Shown: piece by piece, positions 9,807 through 19,232 of the stretch
Layout: every line of letters starts with the position of its first letter
How positions within the stretch are numbered: the first letter of the stretch is position 1
Assembly (NCBI GenBank): GCA_965261485.1
Contig: CBDHCY010000005.1
Location: 1,228,901-1,292,900, forward strand
Reading direction: 5' to 3'
DNA from: Leptospiria bacterium
Lineage (GTDB): Bacteria; Spirochaetota; Leptospiria; Turneriellales; CBDBES01
Length of the DNA stretch: 64,000 nt
Notes under the pieces: generated by a model
Database searches by the model: none
Told to the model about the DNA's origin: nothing
The model's input: only the letters and a program-made list of their open reading frames with translations
Made by a program: the position numbers and the translations under genes

Positions 9807-10123
9807 TTTCATCTTTTTTATAAAAATAAACTTCATCGGTGAGTGAACTCTCTTGTTTGAGCTAGAGTAGAGATTTAGCATATAAATATAGCTTTTTTCC
9901 ATTATTTGCACACTTTTGTATTTGATATTATTTTAAAAAAGATGTCATCTTTATAATATAATAGAAAAATATTTTATTTTTTTTATTTATTTTGGACTAT
10001 CACAATTCGACAAAACTTAAATTAAAACTCAAAAAATGAACAGAAGATTAAAAAAAATAAATATTTCTTGATATTACGTGTTACTTAAAAATTATTATAC
10101 ATAGTGGGTCTGTAACATTCACG

Positions 10124-10813
10124 ATGTTAGATTATGAAAGAAAGAAAATAGCAGAATTAGAGCTTCTTTATGTTCAGGGTGATAAAGAAGCTCCTTCCAT
10201 TTGTCTTTTGCATGGATATGGTGCTAATGCTTTTGACTTACTGCCCTTTTCAAAAATAATCCAACCAACAAATACCCTGAAGCTAAATTGGTATTTTCCA
10301 AAAGCCCCTTTAGCTGTTAATCTTGGTATGGGCTATCAAGGACGTGCTTGGTTTCCTCTTAATTTAGAAGCCTTGCAAAACTTCTCTTCTTCAAAACATT
10401 ATTCTGAAATTGAGCCTGAGGGCATGAAAAAAGCTAGAGAGCAATTAATTGCAATGCTAGTAGAACTTGATTTAAAACCATCTCAACTTATTTTAGGTGG
10501 TTTTAGCCAAGGTGCTATGATGACTGTTGATGTTTGTTTGCATCTTAAAGAAGCTTTAAAGGCTTTTATACTTCTTTCAGGAACTCTTGTAAATAGCCCT
10601 CAATGGAATAAAAAAGCAAAAGATCACTTAAAGACAAAATTTTTTCAAAGTCATGGTAAAGCTGACCCTGTTCTACAAATCAATGGTGCTCTCAAATTGT
10701 ATAATCTTTTAAAGGATGCTAATTTTGAAGGAAGCTTTTTTGAATTTGAAGGCGAGCATGATATTCCTCAAGAAGTAATTATTGAAGTAACAAATTTTTT
10801 ATCAAAAATTTAA
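10124..10813 (+). CDS. Phospholipase/carboxylesterase-family alpha/beta hydrolase
   Basis: 229 aa with the nucleophile elbow GGFSQGAMM and the family-typical LHGYGANAFDL and FPKAP...RAWFP motifs. Confidence 0.8.
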   Translation: MLDYERKKIAELELLYVQGDKEAPSICLLHGYGANAFDLLPFSKIIQPTNTLKLNWYFPKAPLAVNLGMGYQGRAWFPLNLEALQNFSSSKHYSEIEPEGMKKAREQLIAMLVELDLKPSQLILGGFSQGAMMTVDVCLHLKEALKAFILLSGTLVNSPQWNKKAKDHLKTKFFQSHGKADPVLQINGALKLYNLLKDANFEGSFFEFEGEHDIPQEVIIEVTNFLSKI

Positions 10814-10816
10814 GTA

Positions 10817-11827
10817 ATGAAAGCTTTTCAATTTTATAAATTTGGTTTGGAAAATTTGAAATTTATGGAAATACCTGAACCAAAAATTAAAAAACCAACT
10901 GAAGTCAAAATTAAATTTAAAGCTCAATCTATAAACTTTAGAGACTATCTTATGATTATGGGTAAATATAATCATAACCAAAAACTACCTTTGATTCCTT
11001 TATCAGACGGCGTTGGAGAAGTAATTGAAGTAGGGGAAGAAGTAATTTCCTTTAAAAAAGGTGATCACCTTTCCCCTATATTCGCTCAAAATTGGATTTC
11101 TGGTTCACTTCCAAGCAATGCACTCAAAAACTCTTTAGGAGGTCCACTGAATGGTACTCTTTGCGAATATGCTGTTTTTCCAGAAAATGCTCTTGTAAAA
11201 GTACCCGATAGTATGAGTTTTGTTGAAGCTGCTACCCTACCTTGTGCTGCTTTGACTGCTTATAGTGCCTTAATAACCCACGGTCAAATAAAAGAAGGTT
11301 ATCGAGTTTTAATTTTAGGTAGTGGAGGAGTTTCTATATTTGCGATTCAAATTGCTAAAATTTTTAAAGCATATATTATAGTAATTACGAGTCAAGAGAG
11401 CAAAATAAATACATTATATGAGCTTGGTGCGAATGACGTAATTTATTCAAAAAAGTTCCCTGAATGGCATGAAGAGGTACTTAGGCTTACACAAAATCAA
11501 GGTGCTAATATTGTTATTGAGGTAGGTGGTGCTGGAACACTATATAAATCAATGAGAGCTGTATCTTCAGCTGGACACATTAGTTTAATTGGAATTCTTG
11601 CTGGTAAAGAAACGAGTCTAAACTTGCTGCCCATTTTGATGCGTAATATATGTATTCAAGGAATTTTGGTGGGAAGTAAGACCCAATTTGAGTTAATGAA
11701 TCTTCTTTTTTCCGAGAAAAAGGTAAAACCAGTGATACATCGAACGTTTCCATTTGAAGAGAGTATAGAAGCTTTTAAACACCTTCAAGCCGCAAATCAT
11801 ATCGGTAAAATTTGTATTTCTAATTAA
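10817..11827 (+). CDS. Zinc-type alcohol dehydrogenase / quinone oxidoreductase (MDR superfamily)
   Basis: 336 aa with a GroES-like N-terminus (PLIPLSDGVGEVIEVGEEV) and a Rossmann motif (VLILGSGGVSIFAIQIAK). The C-terminus HIGKICI is typical of MDR enzymes. Confidence 0.85.
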   Translation: MKAFQFYKFGLENLKFMEIPEPKIKKPTEVKIKFKAQSINFRDYLMIMGKYNHNQKLPLIPLSDGVGEVIEVGEEVISFKKGDHLSPIFAQNWISGSLPSNALKNSLGGPLNGTLCEYAVFPENALVKVPDSMSFVEAATLPCAALTAYSALITHGQIKEGYRVLILGSGGVSIFAIQIAKIFKAYIIVITSQESKINTLYELGANDVIYSKKFPEWHEEVLRLTQNQGANIVIEVGGAGTLYKSMRAVSSAGHISLIGILAGKETSLNLLPILMRNICIQGILVGSKTQFELMNLLFSEKKVKPVIHRTFPFEESIEAFKHLQAANHIGKICISN

Positions 11828-12659
11828 TATTACTTTTTTTTATTCTTTTAACGTTGATTAAAAAAAACCAATAAAAAACTGAAAAAAAACGATACCATAA
11901 AAAAGGATTTTTAAAAATATTCCAAAACCATACTAGATGTTTTTTTTTAAAAAAATTAGGTGGAGCTTTTTTAAAACCAGCCAGTACATTAAATTCATTA
12001 GACATATTAACAACAATAGAGCTATTGAATTCAGATTTATAATTTTTCATCCAATTAAGACCACGCACATTGCCCAGATCCATTAAAATAATGTCTGGCT
12101 TTATTTTATTCCATGCTTGACGAATCAGTTTAGCCTCCTCATCAATAATCTCACCGTGATGCCTTCCCATAATAAGGAGATTAGGAAATGCGTGTTTAAG
12201 ATTAAAAAATAATTTCTCAGAACCTCTTTGACTACCTCCAATGAGAAAGATACTATAATTTTTAGCCTCCGCCAAGCGAAGTAAGCTCATCACATAACTA
12301 ACAGTAGGAACAATGCTAGGAATAGGGTTTCCCAATACTCTGCTCATCCAACAAATGCCTGAACCTACAGGAAGATTAATAAAAGAAGCTTGAGCAATCT
12401 CAGTATATTTTTTATTTAAACGCAATCGAATTAATTGATAGGGGTCAATGGGTAAAATATATAAAGGTTCTACAGACTTTCTCTGAGAGTTGGATTCTAA
12501 TTTGTGCAATGTTATATCAAGAAGCCCCATTAAATTAGTTTGAAAGAAGGGAAATCCAAGATAGTTCTTAGGCTTTTTAAGCACAAAGTTCGCCTTCGTA
12601 TTTCTTGATTCTAAAATCGGATCATTGTTTGTTTTATTTGTATTATAAGAATTTGACAT
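11820..12659 (-). CDS. WecG/TagA/CpsF-family glycosyltransferase
   Basis: 279 aa. IFLIGGSQRGSEKLFFNLKHAFPNLLIMGRHHGEI...IKPDIILMDLGNVRGLNWM matches the family core (LlGg...P.l.i.G.hhGyf...pDil.v.mG.P.QE.w). Confidence 0.7.
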   Translation of the reverse strand: MSNSYNTNKTNNDPILESRNTKANFVLKKPKNYLGFPFFQTNLMGLLDITLHKLESNSQRKSVEPLYILPIDPYQLIRLRLNKKYTEIAQASFINLPVGSGICWMSRVLGNPIPSIVPTVSYVMSLLRLAEAKNYSIFLIGGSQRGSEKLFFNLKHAFPNLLIMGRHHGEIIDEEAKLIRQAWNKIKPDIILMDLGNVRGLNWMKNYKSEFNSSIVVNMSNEFNVLAGFKKAPPNFFKKKHLVWFWNIFKNPFLWYRFFSVFYWFFLINVKRIKKSNIN

Positions 12660-12792
12660 TTTAGGACCTAAAGGGTAAAGTAGCGATTAGTTTTATTGAG
12701 AGAGAGACTGTCAATAAAAATTATTTTTATTCCCCCATCCAAAATTATTATATAGTACTTTGATCTCTTATAATTTAAGTTTTATTACAAGA

Positions 12793-14085
12793 TCAAACTG
12801 CTAAACTCTTTGCCCAAGAAAGAGCTTTATTAAGACCAGATATCGTCAATTTTGTTTGCCAAAAAAACCTTGTATAATCTTCTGATTTTAATATCTTTTG
12901 TTTTCTCTCATTGTTTTTGGATAAAGACAAATAATTTTGAATTAAATGTATATTTTTATCTAAATTTACTGTTTCTCTACCATCAGACATAAAGTCTTCT
13001 CCTAAATCATGCATGGAATATTCAAAGGAATGTCGCTCAAAATCTCCCGATTTTTTTTTCACTGAGCAATGAATTACAACAGGTTTTGACAATGAAAATG
13101 TAAGTGAGCCTTCTCTACCTTTTCGTATGACAATATTGATAGGGAATCCTGCAAATTCTCCTAATGACAACATTTTTTCGAGAAAAGGTTCATGAAAGGC
13201 GGAGGTAATTGAAATACCTGCACCCATAACACGAGTAAATTTTTCTAAGGTCGCCATAAAAGGACGTTTAATCATACGTTTTCTTAGATTTCGCCAGTGC
13301 TCCCATGAGCCACTAAGAGCCTTGTGATCAAGATATGTTCCCCACTGTGATTCATGTAAGACAGGCTTTTGATTAGAGTTTATAAATGGAGCATTCAGTT
13401 TTTCACCTATATTTTTTAATGTGACACCATATTTTGGTCCTGATGAATCACCACAAAGAGAAAGAACATAAAAACCTTGATCTCTCAAAGATAAAGCAAT
13501 CAAAGGTGTAATGAGAGGAGATTTTTCTACACCATTAAATGGTTCTGATAACTGAATAAGGTTTTTATTTGTTACCATTTTTTGAGAAAAGGGTGCCTGC
13601 AAGGTTTTCATAAAAGAAGAATGTAAACCCGAATATTCTCCGTTAGAGGCATATCTAAGCCTCAACCACGTAGCACTCATTGCCCTTGCCATATCATCCT
13701 CTTCAGTGGAATATTTAGTAATATTGAATAAAAAATCTCCCAGTTTCTCTGACTCTTTACGAGAAAATATATCACCTCGCAAAATTTTAAGAAGATTACT
13801 TTGAACAGATAATTTTGTGTGAGGGATAAATTGATTTATGAAAGAGTCTGGCTTGATCTCCCTCCCTGAGAGTAAATATTTTAAAAGCAATTGTTCATGT
13901 TCGTTGGGTCCCTTGAAATAAAGGGCCACAGCTAAAACTGTTTTTTGAATAGGATCAATCACTAGATCATCAATCTCACTTTTCTGAAAGGTATTGAGTA
14001 AATTTTTGACTAAATCTTGACTAAGAGAGCGATTGCCTTTTTTACCAATCGAAACAAGCTTGATCGCTTCTTTTAGATAATGCAA
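12793..14085 (-). CDS. Hypothetical protein, distantly glycosyltransferase-family-3 (TrpD)-like
   Basis: 430-aa ORF. The N-terminal helical region (YLKEAIKLVSIGKKGNRSLSQDL) and the central LCGDSSGPKYGVTLKNIGEKL and KRPFMATLEKF loosely parallel TrpD motifs. The canonical GTGGD and KHGN motifs are absent, so function is unknown. Confidence 0.4.
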   Translation of the reverse strand: MHYLKEAIKLVSIGKKGNRSLSQDLVKNLLNTFQKSEIDDLVIDPIQKTVLAVALYFKGPNEHEQLLLKYLLSGREIKPDSFINQFIPHTKLSVQSNLLKILRGDIFSRKESEKLGDFLFNITKYSTEEDDMARAMSATWLRLRYASNGEYSGLHSSFMKTLQAPFSQKMVTNKNLIQLSEPFNGVEKSPLITPLIALSLRDQGFYVLSLCGDSSGPKYGVTLKNIGEKLNAPFINSNQKPVLHESQWGTYLDHKALSGSWEHWRNLRKRMIKRPFMATLEKFTRVMGAGISITSAFHEPFLEKMLSLGEFAGFPINIVIRKGREGSLTFSLSKPVVIHCSVKKKSGDFERHSFEYSMHDLGEDFMSDGRETVNLDKNIHLIQNYLSLSKNNERKQKILKSEDYTRFFWQTKLTISGLNKALSWAKSLAV

Positions 14086-14192
14086 AATGACCTGATAATA
14101 ATCACAAAAACACGATTAAGCAGCCCATAAGAATTAGGCTTGGGCTATTTAAAATAAGAACCACTCAACAGAAAATAAAATAAAGCTTCAGG

Positions 14193-15050
14193 CTAGCTTT
14201 CCTTTATTTGACGACAAAATAAAATAAAAATTCCACAAGTTACAAACATAATCAAACTATACACTGCTGCGACAATTCCATAACTAGTATTCGCAAGAAG
14301 CAGTGTTGCGATTGAAATAGCTAGAGTTCCATTTTGGATTCCACTTTCAATTGCAATTGAAATACGCTGTTTGATGGATAAGTTTAAAATTTTACCAATA
14401 CCTAACCCAATTGACATTGCTGAAACATTTAATATGAGAGCTAATACACCCGCTTTTTGAAAATAAGGGATAACATTCTTTCTTTCGGCCATGATAATTC
14501 CAACAAAAATTAATACAAACACAATAACGGAAGCTCGGCGAACAATTGGTTCTACTTTTTTAGCGAATAGTTCTTTTTTAGCTCTCGTTAACATACCTAG
14601 AGTAACTGGAATAATTACAACAACAAATACTTGAGCGATTGTAGATAAAATATTTAGTTGTCTATCAGTATCTGACCCAAGTATCTCCCGAATACCAAAA
14701 TTAATCAGAAAAGGTATAGTAAACAATGTGATAAAACTACAAATTGCTGTTAAACTAACAGAGAGAGCAGTATCCCCTTTCGCCAAATAAGTTATCATGT
14801 TAGAGGTTGACCCACCCGGACAAGCGACCAAAATAACAATACCGATTAAAATCTCAGGAGGAGCAGAAATAGACTTAATCAAGATGAAACCAATAATTGG
14901 CAATAATATCAACTGACTCGTTAAACCAGCTAACATTGCTTTCGGCTTAACAAAAACTTGACGAAAATCCTCAAGAACCAATGATAGCCCCATCCCAAAC
15001 ATTATAATGATCAAAGACACAGCTAATATTATAGTAGATACTTTATCCAT
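14193..15050 (-). CDS. Bile acid:sodium symporter (BASS/SBF) family transporter
   Basis: 285 aa and polytopic. The N-terminus MFGMGLSLVLEDFRQVFVKPKAMLAGLTSQLILLPIIGF and ACPGGSTSN are characteristic of SBF-like transporters. Confidence 0.85.
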   Translation of the reverse strand: MDKVSTIILAVSLIIIMFGMGLSLVLEDFRQVFVKPKAMLAGLTSQLILLPIIGFILIKSISAPPEILIGIVILVACPGGSTSNMITYLAKGDTALSVSLTAICSFITLFTIPFLINFGIREILGSDTDRQLNILSTIAQVFVVVIIPVTLGMLTRAKKELFAKKVEPIVRRASVIVFVLIFVGIIMAERKNVIPYFQKAGVLALILNVSAMSIGLGIGKILNLSIKQRISIAIESGIQNGTLAISIATLLLANTSYGIVAAVYSLIMFVTCGIFILFCRQIKES

Positions 15051-15235
15051 ATATTTTAAACTCCAAATTTTTTTTACACATCACATACCATCCAGATATC
15101 AATAACCTTAGGTAAGATTTTTAAGATAGCCAGACTAACTTCTGGTTACTTAATTTAGCACAAATATCCCGACAAGTAAAATAAATGATTTATACATATT
15201 TAAAATATTTAGATCGTCTCAAGAAAGTTTTCCCT

Positions 15236-16988
15236 TCCACCCTTCGCTCAGAAATCAAAGCATCACTCGTGACTATCGGTCAGAGCACCCTCCAATCGCC
15301 ATCGCGATTGGCGATCGTCACTCTTCGCTCAGCGAGCAAGGCATCACTCGCTACTATCGGTCGCCACTCTTCGCTCAGAGATCAAAGCATCACTCGCGAT
15401 TGTCCGTCGACCTCCGCCCAGCGATCAAAGCATCACTCGCGATTGGCGGTCGGCCGTTTATCGTTGCCCTTCGAGCGAAGCATCACTCGTGACTATCGGT
15501 CAGAGCACCCTCCAATCGCCATCGCGATTGGCGATCGTCACTCTTCGCTCAGCGAGCAAGGCATCACTCGCTACTATCAGTCGCCACTCTTCGCACAACA
15601 AAGTATCACTAGCGATTATCGATCGGCACTCTTCGTACAACAAAGCATCACTCGCGACTTGTCGATCGTCACTCTCCGCTCAGAGATCAAAGCATCACTC
15701 GCGACTATCGGCGTTTTCTTCGCTCAGCGAGTAAAGCATCACTCGCGACTTGTCGATCGGCGTTTTCTTCGCTCAGCGAGTAAAGCATCACTCGCGACTT
15801 GTCGATCGGCGTGCCCTTCGCTCAGAGATCAAAGCATCACTCGTGACTGTCGGTTGGCTCTCTTCGCTCAGAGATCAAAGCATCACTCGCGACTGGCGGT
15901 CGTCACTCTTCGCTCAGAGATCAAAGCATCACTCGCGACTATCGGCGTTTTCTTCGCTCAGCGAGTAAAGCATCACTCGCGACTTGTCGATCGGCGTGCC
16001 CTTCGCTCAGAGATCAAAGCATCACTCGTGACTGTCGGTTGGCTCTCTTCGCTCAGAGATCAAAGCATCACTCGTGACTAGCGATCGTCACTCTTCGCTC
16101 AGCGAGTAAGCATCACTCGAGACTGTCGGTCGTCACCCTTCGCACAACAAAGCATCACTCGCGACTGTCGATCGTCACTCTTCGCACAACAAAGCATCAC
16201 TCGCGGCTTGTCGATCGCCACTCTTCGCCTTGCGAGCGAAGCATCATCCACAATTATCGATCGCCACTCTCCGCACAACAAAGCATCACTCGTGACTGGC
16301 GGTCGTCACTCTTCGCTCAGAGATCAAAGCATCACTCGCGATTGGCGATCGTCACTCTTCGCTCAGCGAGCAAGGCATCACTCGCTACTATCGGTCGCCA
16401 CTCTTCGCTCAGAGATCAAAGCATCACTCGCGATTGTCCGTCGACCTCCGCCCAGCGATCAAAGCATCACTCGCGATTGGCGGTCGGCCGTTTATCGTTG
16501 CCCTTCGAGCGAAGCATCACTCGAGACTATCGGTCGCCACCCTTCGCACAACAAAGTATCACTAGCGATTATCGATCGGCACTCTTCGTACAACAAAGCA
16601 TCACTCGCTACTATCGGTCGCCACTCTTCGCTCAGAGATCAAAGCATCACTCGCGATTGTCCGTCGACCTCCGCCCAGCGATCAAAGCATCACTCGCGAT
16701 TGGCGATCGTCACTCTTCGCTCAGCGAACAAAGCATCACTCGCGACTGTCGGTCGTCACTCTTCGCCCAGCGATCAAAGCATCACTCGTGACTGGCGGTT
16801 GACACTCTTTGTCTGCGAGTGCATCACTCGCGACTGTCGATCGTTTATCGTTGCCCGGAGAGCGAAGCATCACTCGTGACTGTCGATCGTCACCCTTCGC
16901 CCAGAGATCAAAGTATCACTCGCGATTATCGGTCGGCGTGCCCTTCGCCTAGCGAGCGAATCGCCATTCGTGACTGGCGGTCGACCGT
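15236..16988. repeat. GC/CpG-rich co-oriented tandem array of degenerate 42-47-bp units (about 37 units by eye), abutting the stop codon of the lipoprotein gene at 16989
   Basis: The core GCATCACTCG[CT]GA recurs every 42-47 bp (for example at 15261, 15341, 15387, 15430 ... 16867, 16913). Consensus unit: aaagcatcactcgcgactgtcggtcgtcactcttcgctcagagatc. The array has higher-order duplications (15302-15490 matches 16336-16524, and 15261-15360 matches 15481-15580). GC content contrasts sharply with the AT-rich surroundings. Confidence 0.95.
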
Positions 16989-18965
16989 TTATCGTTGCCC
17001 GGGGAGCAGAGTATCGTATGACGCACATACGCCGTTTGTTATTGGGCTGACACATCTTTTGATCGCAGGCAGCTGCTTGGCAGTGCCTAGGTCCCAAGCA
17101 CTACCTAAACCATCGGGGTGCATGCCAGTTATGCTCTTTAGCTGGGCCAGCGTAAGGCCCGTCGCATTTACACTACTCCCAGAATTTACACTACTCCCGG
17201 AACCCTGTGCCTTCTTATTCTCAAGCGTTCGTTCGGTGACATTCACACTTTGGGGTGCGTCGGTGTTCCAATAACTATCTGTTATCGTCATAATAAAAGA
17301 AGAAGCAAAAGGAGAAGCGCCCAGCAGACCACCTGAATTAGAAACAGCAATAGCAATACTACTAAAAGAAGAGATTTTACCAGAACCACTAAAATAACTA
17401 TTAGTTATTACTAAAGATTTCTCAGAATAACCCACCAGACCACCTGAAGTAGAACCAGCACTAGTATTATTAGAAGAAGAAAATATTTCACCAGAGCCAT
17501 TAAAATAACTATTCACTATCGTCAAAGAAGCAGAAGACTGGCCCACCAGACCGCCTGAAGTAGAATGCAAAACATTGGCATAAGAAGATATATCACCAGA
17601 ACCACTAACATAACTATTCATTATTACTAAAGAATTCTTAGAATAACCCACCAGACCGCCTGAGCCAAAAGACTTAAAAGTATTGGTAAGCTTGTTAGAG
17701 TAAGAAGAAACCCCAGCAGAACCACTAAAAATACTATTTATAATTACTAAACCAGTATCAGTTGAGGCGAAAACTTCACCCACCAAACCGCCTGATCGAG
17801 ACTGTTCAGAAGAACTAAAGACCCCACCTGAGCCACTGAAAGTGCATTCGCTTATTGTCAGAGAACCAGAAACACGACCAACCAAACCACCCACAGAATT
17901 AAAAGTAGTAACCAGAGCAGCATTAGCATAGATCGAGCCAGAGATGATCTCCACATTGCGAATCATTCCTCCATCTACCTGACCAAATAAACCGACAGCT
18001 ACAAGACTTGAATGCACCCAAAGATTGGCGATCGTATGATTATTTCCATCAAAAGTGCCAGTGAAGCTAGCAATAGTAGAGCCAATGGGTTCCAAAGAGG
18101 TGTCTATACTGGTGTCAATCACAGTTATCCGCTCGCCTGCATCGTCTTCATCACCGTCGGCATTTTTATCGATGCTCACCTCTGTTGTATCGATCACCCC
18201 ATTAGGTGTACCGTTCTTTCCACCGCCTGTATCAAGCAAGCTCAAAAGGTCAATGTTGGCTGTTAGCTCGTAGCCGTTGCAACTTCCTGAGGAGCAACCG
18301 CTTGAATTATTAGGTCCACCATTCTTCACACTTCTATAACTTGTGCCCGCCAAATTATGACGCATGTTATTGAGCATCTCAGCGGTATATATTTCAATTA
18401 AGCCATCACCATCATGATCAGCCTTAGAGCCTCCACCAGAGATCTCAACACCCGAAGCATAATTAAAGCTCATGTCATAAGCGAAAAGCTTATAAAAATA
18501 ATGGGTTGAAGCTGTAGCCTCGGAATCGATGAATGTAGTTTCGCTTGAGTTATACACCACCACACTTGAGGCACCAATTGACACGCCACTCGCATAATCT
18601 TGCCCTGTCGTGGGGGCATCTGATATGCTGCTTTCACTTCTCAAGATTAAAACCTTAGAAAAATCATCATCGCTAGGCTCGCTCCAAGTTAGAGTGATGC
18701 TAGTGCTATCTAAACTTGAGAAGCCACCACTTATAACGTTCTTTGGTGATGTTTTATCTTCTTCAGACCTAACACCCGGTCCTGGCATATCAGGTGCATC
18801 AGGTGCATCAGGTGAAACAGGTGGAACATTGTTGGGATTTTCTTTAGAACAAGACGCACCAAAAACGATACAAAATAATAAAAAACTAGCGACCACAGCC
18901 ATTAAACCACCTTTGATCACGCGAGCCACATAAAGTCTCATCCAATATTGTACATTTTCACACAT
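16989..18965 (-). CDS. Surface lipoprotein with FN3-like domain, Ca-binding DxDGDG motif and 6 GLUG-type (GGLVG) repeats (paralog L1)
   Basis: The ORF runs to 18998. I prefer the ATG at 18965 because GAGGAGG lies 6 nt upstream. Lipobox-type signal ...LLFCIVFGASC, FN3-like ITLTWSEPSDDDFSKVLILRS...YFYKLFAYD, then DHDGDGLIEIYTAEMLNNM. Six modules of GGLVGxSxxSLxIxNSYFSGSGxxSS follow, with the conserved C-terminus SYWNTDAPQSV...CASYDTLLPGQR. Confidence 0.85.
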   Translation of the reverse strand: MCENVQYWMRLYVARVIKGGLMAVVASFLLFCIVFGASCSKENPNNVPPVSPDAPDAPDMPGPGVRSEEDKTSPKNVISGGFSSLDSTSITLTWSEPSDDDFSKVLILRSESSISDAPTTGQDYASGVSIGASSVVVYNSSETTFIDSEATASTHYFYKLFAYDMSFNYASGVEISGGGSKADHDGDGLIEIYTAEMLNNMRHNLAGTSYRSVKNGGPNNSSGCSSGSCNGYELTANIDLLSLLDTGGGKNGTPNGVIDTTEVSIDKNADGDEDDAGERITVIDTSIDTSLEPIGSTIASFTGTFDGNNHTIANLWVHSSLVAVGLFGQVDGGMIRNVEIISGSIYANAALVTTFNSVGGLVGRVSGSLTISECTFSGSGGVFSSSEQSRSGGLVGEVFASTDTGLVIINSIFSGSAGVSSYSNKLTNTFKSFGSGGLVGYSKNSLVIMNSYVSGSGDISSYANVLHSTSGGLVGQSSASLTIVNSYFNGSGEIFSSSNNTSAGSTSGGLVGYSEKSLVITNSYFSGSGKISSFSSIAIAVSNSGGLLGASPFASSFIMTITDSYWNTDAPQSVNVTERTLENKKAQGSGSSVNSGSSVNATGLTLAQLKSITGMHPDGLGSAWDLGTAKQLPAIKRCVSPITNGVCASYDTLLPGQR

Positions 18966-19059
18966 AAAACGCCTCCTCAGACATTGACCGCATTTCACTA
19001 TGCCGATCTTGCAAATAAATTAAGTTAGAATCGCCTTCAATCTTGATGGGTGCTTCAAC

Positions 19060-19122
19060 ACCACGAAAAAAATAAAATAAAAGGCCAAAGATTTCAGCAA
19101 AAGCCACGACTTTTGCTGAAAT
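19060..19122 (-). terminator. Rho-independent-type terminator hairpin between the microsatellite and the L1 gene
   Basis: Perfect 13-bp inverted repeat atttcagcaaaag (19091-19103) / cttttgctgaaat (19110-19122) with a 6-nt loop. On the minus strand it is followed by ctttggccttttattttattttttt. Confidence 0.55.
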
Positions 19123-19232
19123 AACATGCATGATAATTAGGGCTAACGCCCCGCTTCTAAAATTTTTGAGAAAAATGCCGCGAAGGCACGACCTATTTTT
19201 TTTAGAGAATAAACTAAGACCTAAGTCTAGTG

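Larger units (their letters stand above)
6530..9830 (+). repeat. Tandem array of seven gene-plus-spacer units (421-553 bp each) containing nested 33-bp tandem repeats
   Basis: The spacers of about 150 bp and the gene ends are near-identical in all units. Gene starts are at 6609, 7030, 7484, 7959, 8479, 9032 and 9474. Similarity begins near 6530 (gaagtgaattcgaacaa...) and decays just after the last stop at 9806. Confidence 0.95.

Noticed and set aside
15236-16988. CRISPR array interpretation of the GC-rich repeat blocks (also 20688-21785)
   Set aside because: The period is only 42-47 bp, and the part between conserved cores is itself drawn from a few recurring variants rather than unique spacers. 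Units are degenerate instead of exact, and no cas genes or leader are present in the window.
15185-17274. Long plus-strand ORFs across the arrays (15185..16081, 15489..15734, 15750..15968, 16208..16879, 16342..16791, 16819..17274; likewise 20618..20806, 20803..22050, 20813..21685 and 21105..21467)
   Set aside because: All three plus-strand frames are open at once because the repeat unit lacks stop triplets. Unit lengths are not multiples of three, so no consistent protein repeat results. The ORFs run antisense into the real lipoprotein genes, and the predicted products are low-complexity R/S/H-rich strings. I treat this as a compositional artefact, although plus-strand transcription is still worth testing.
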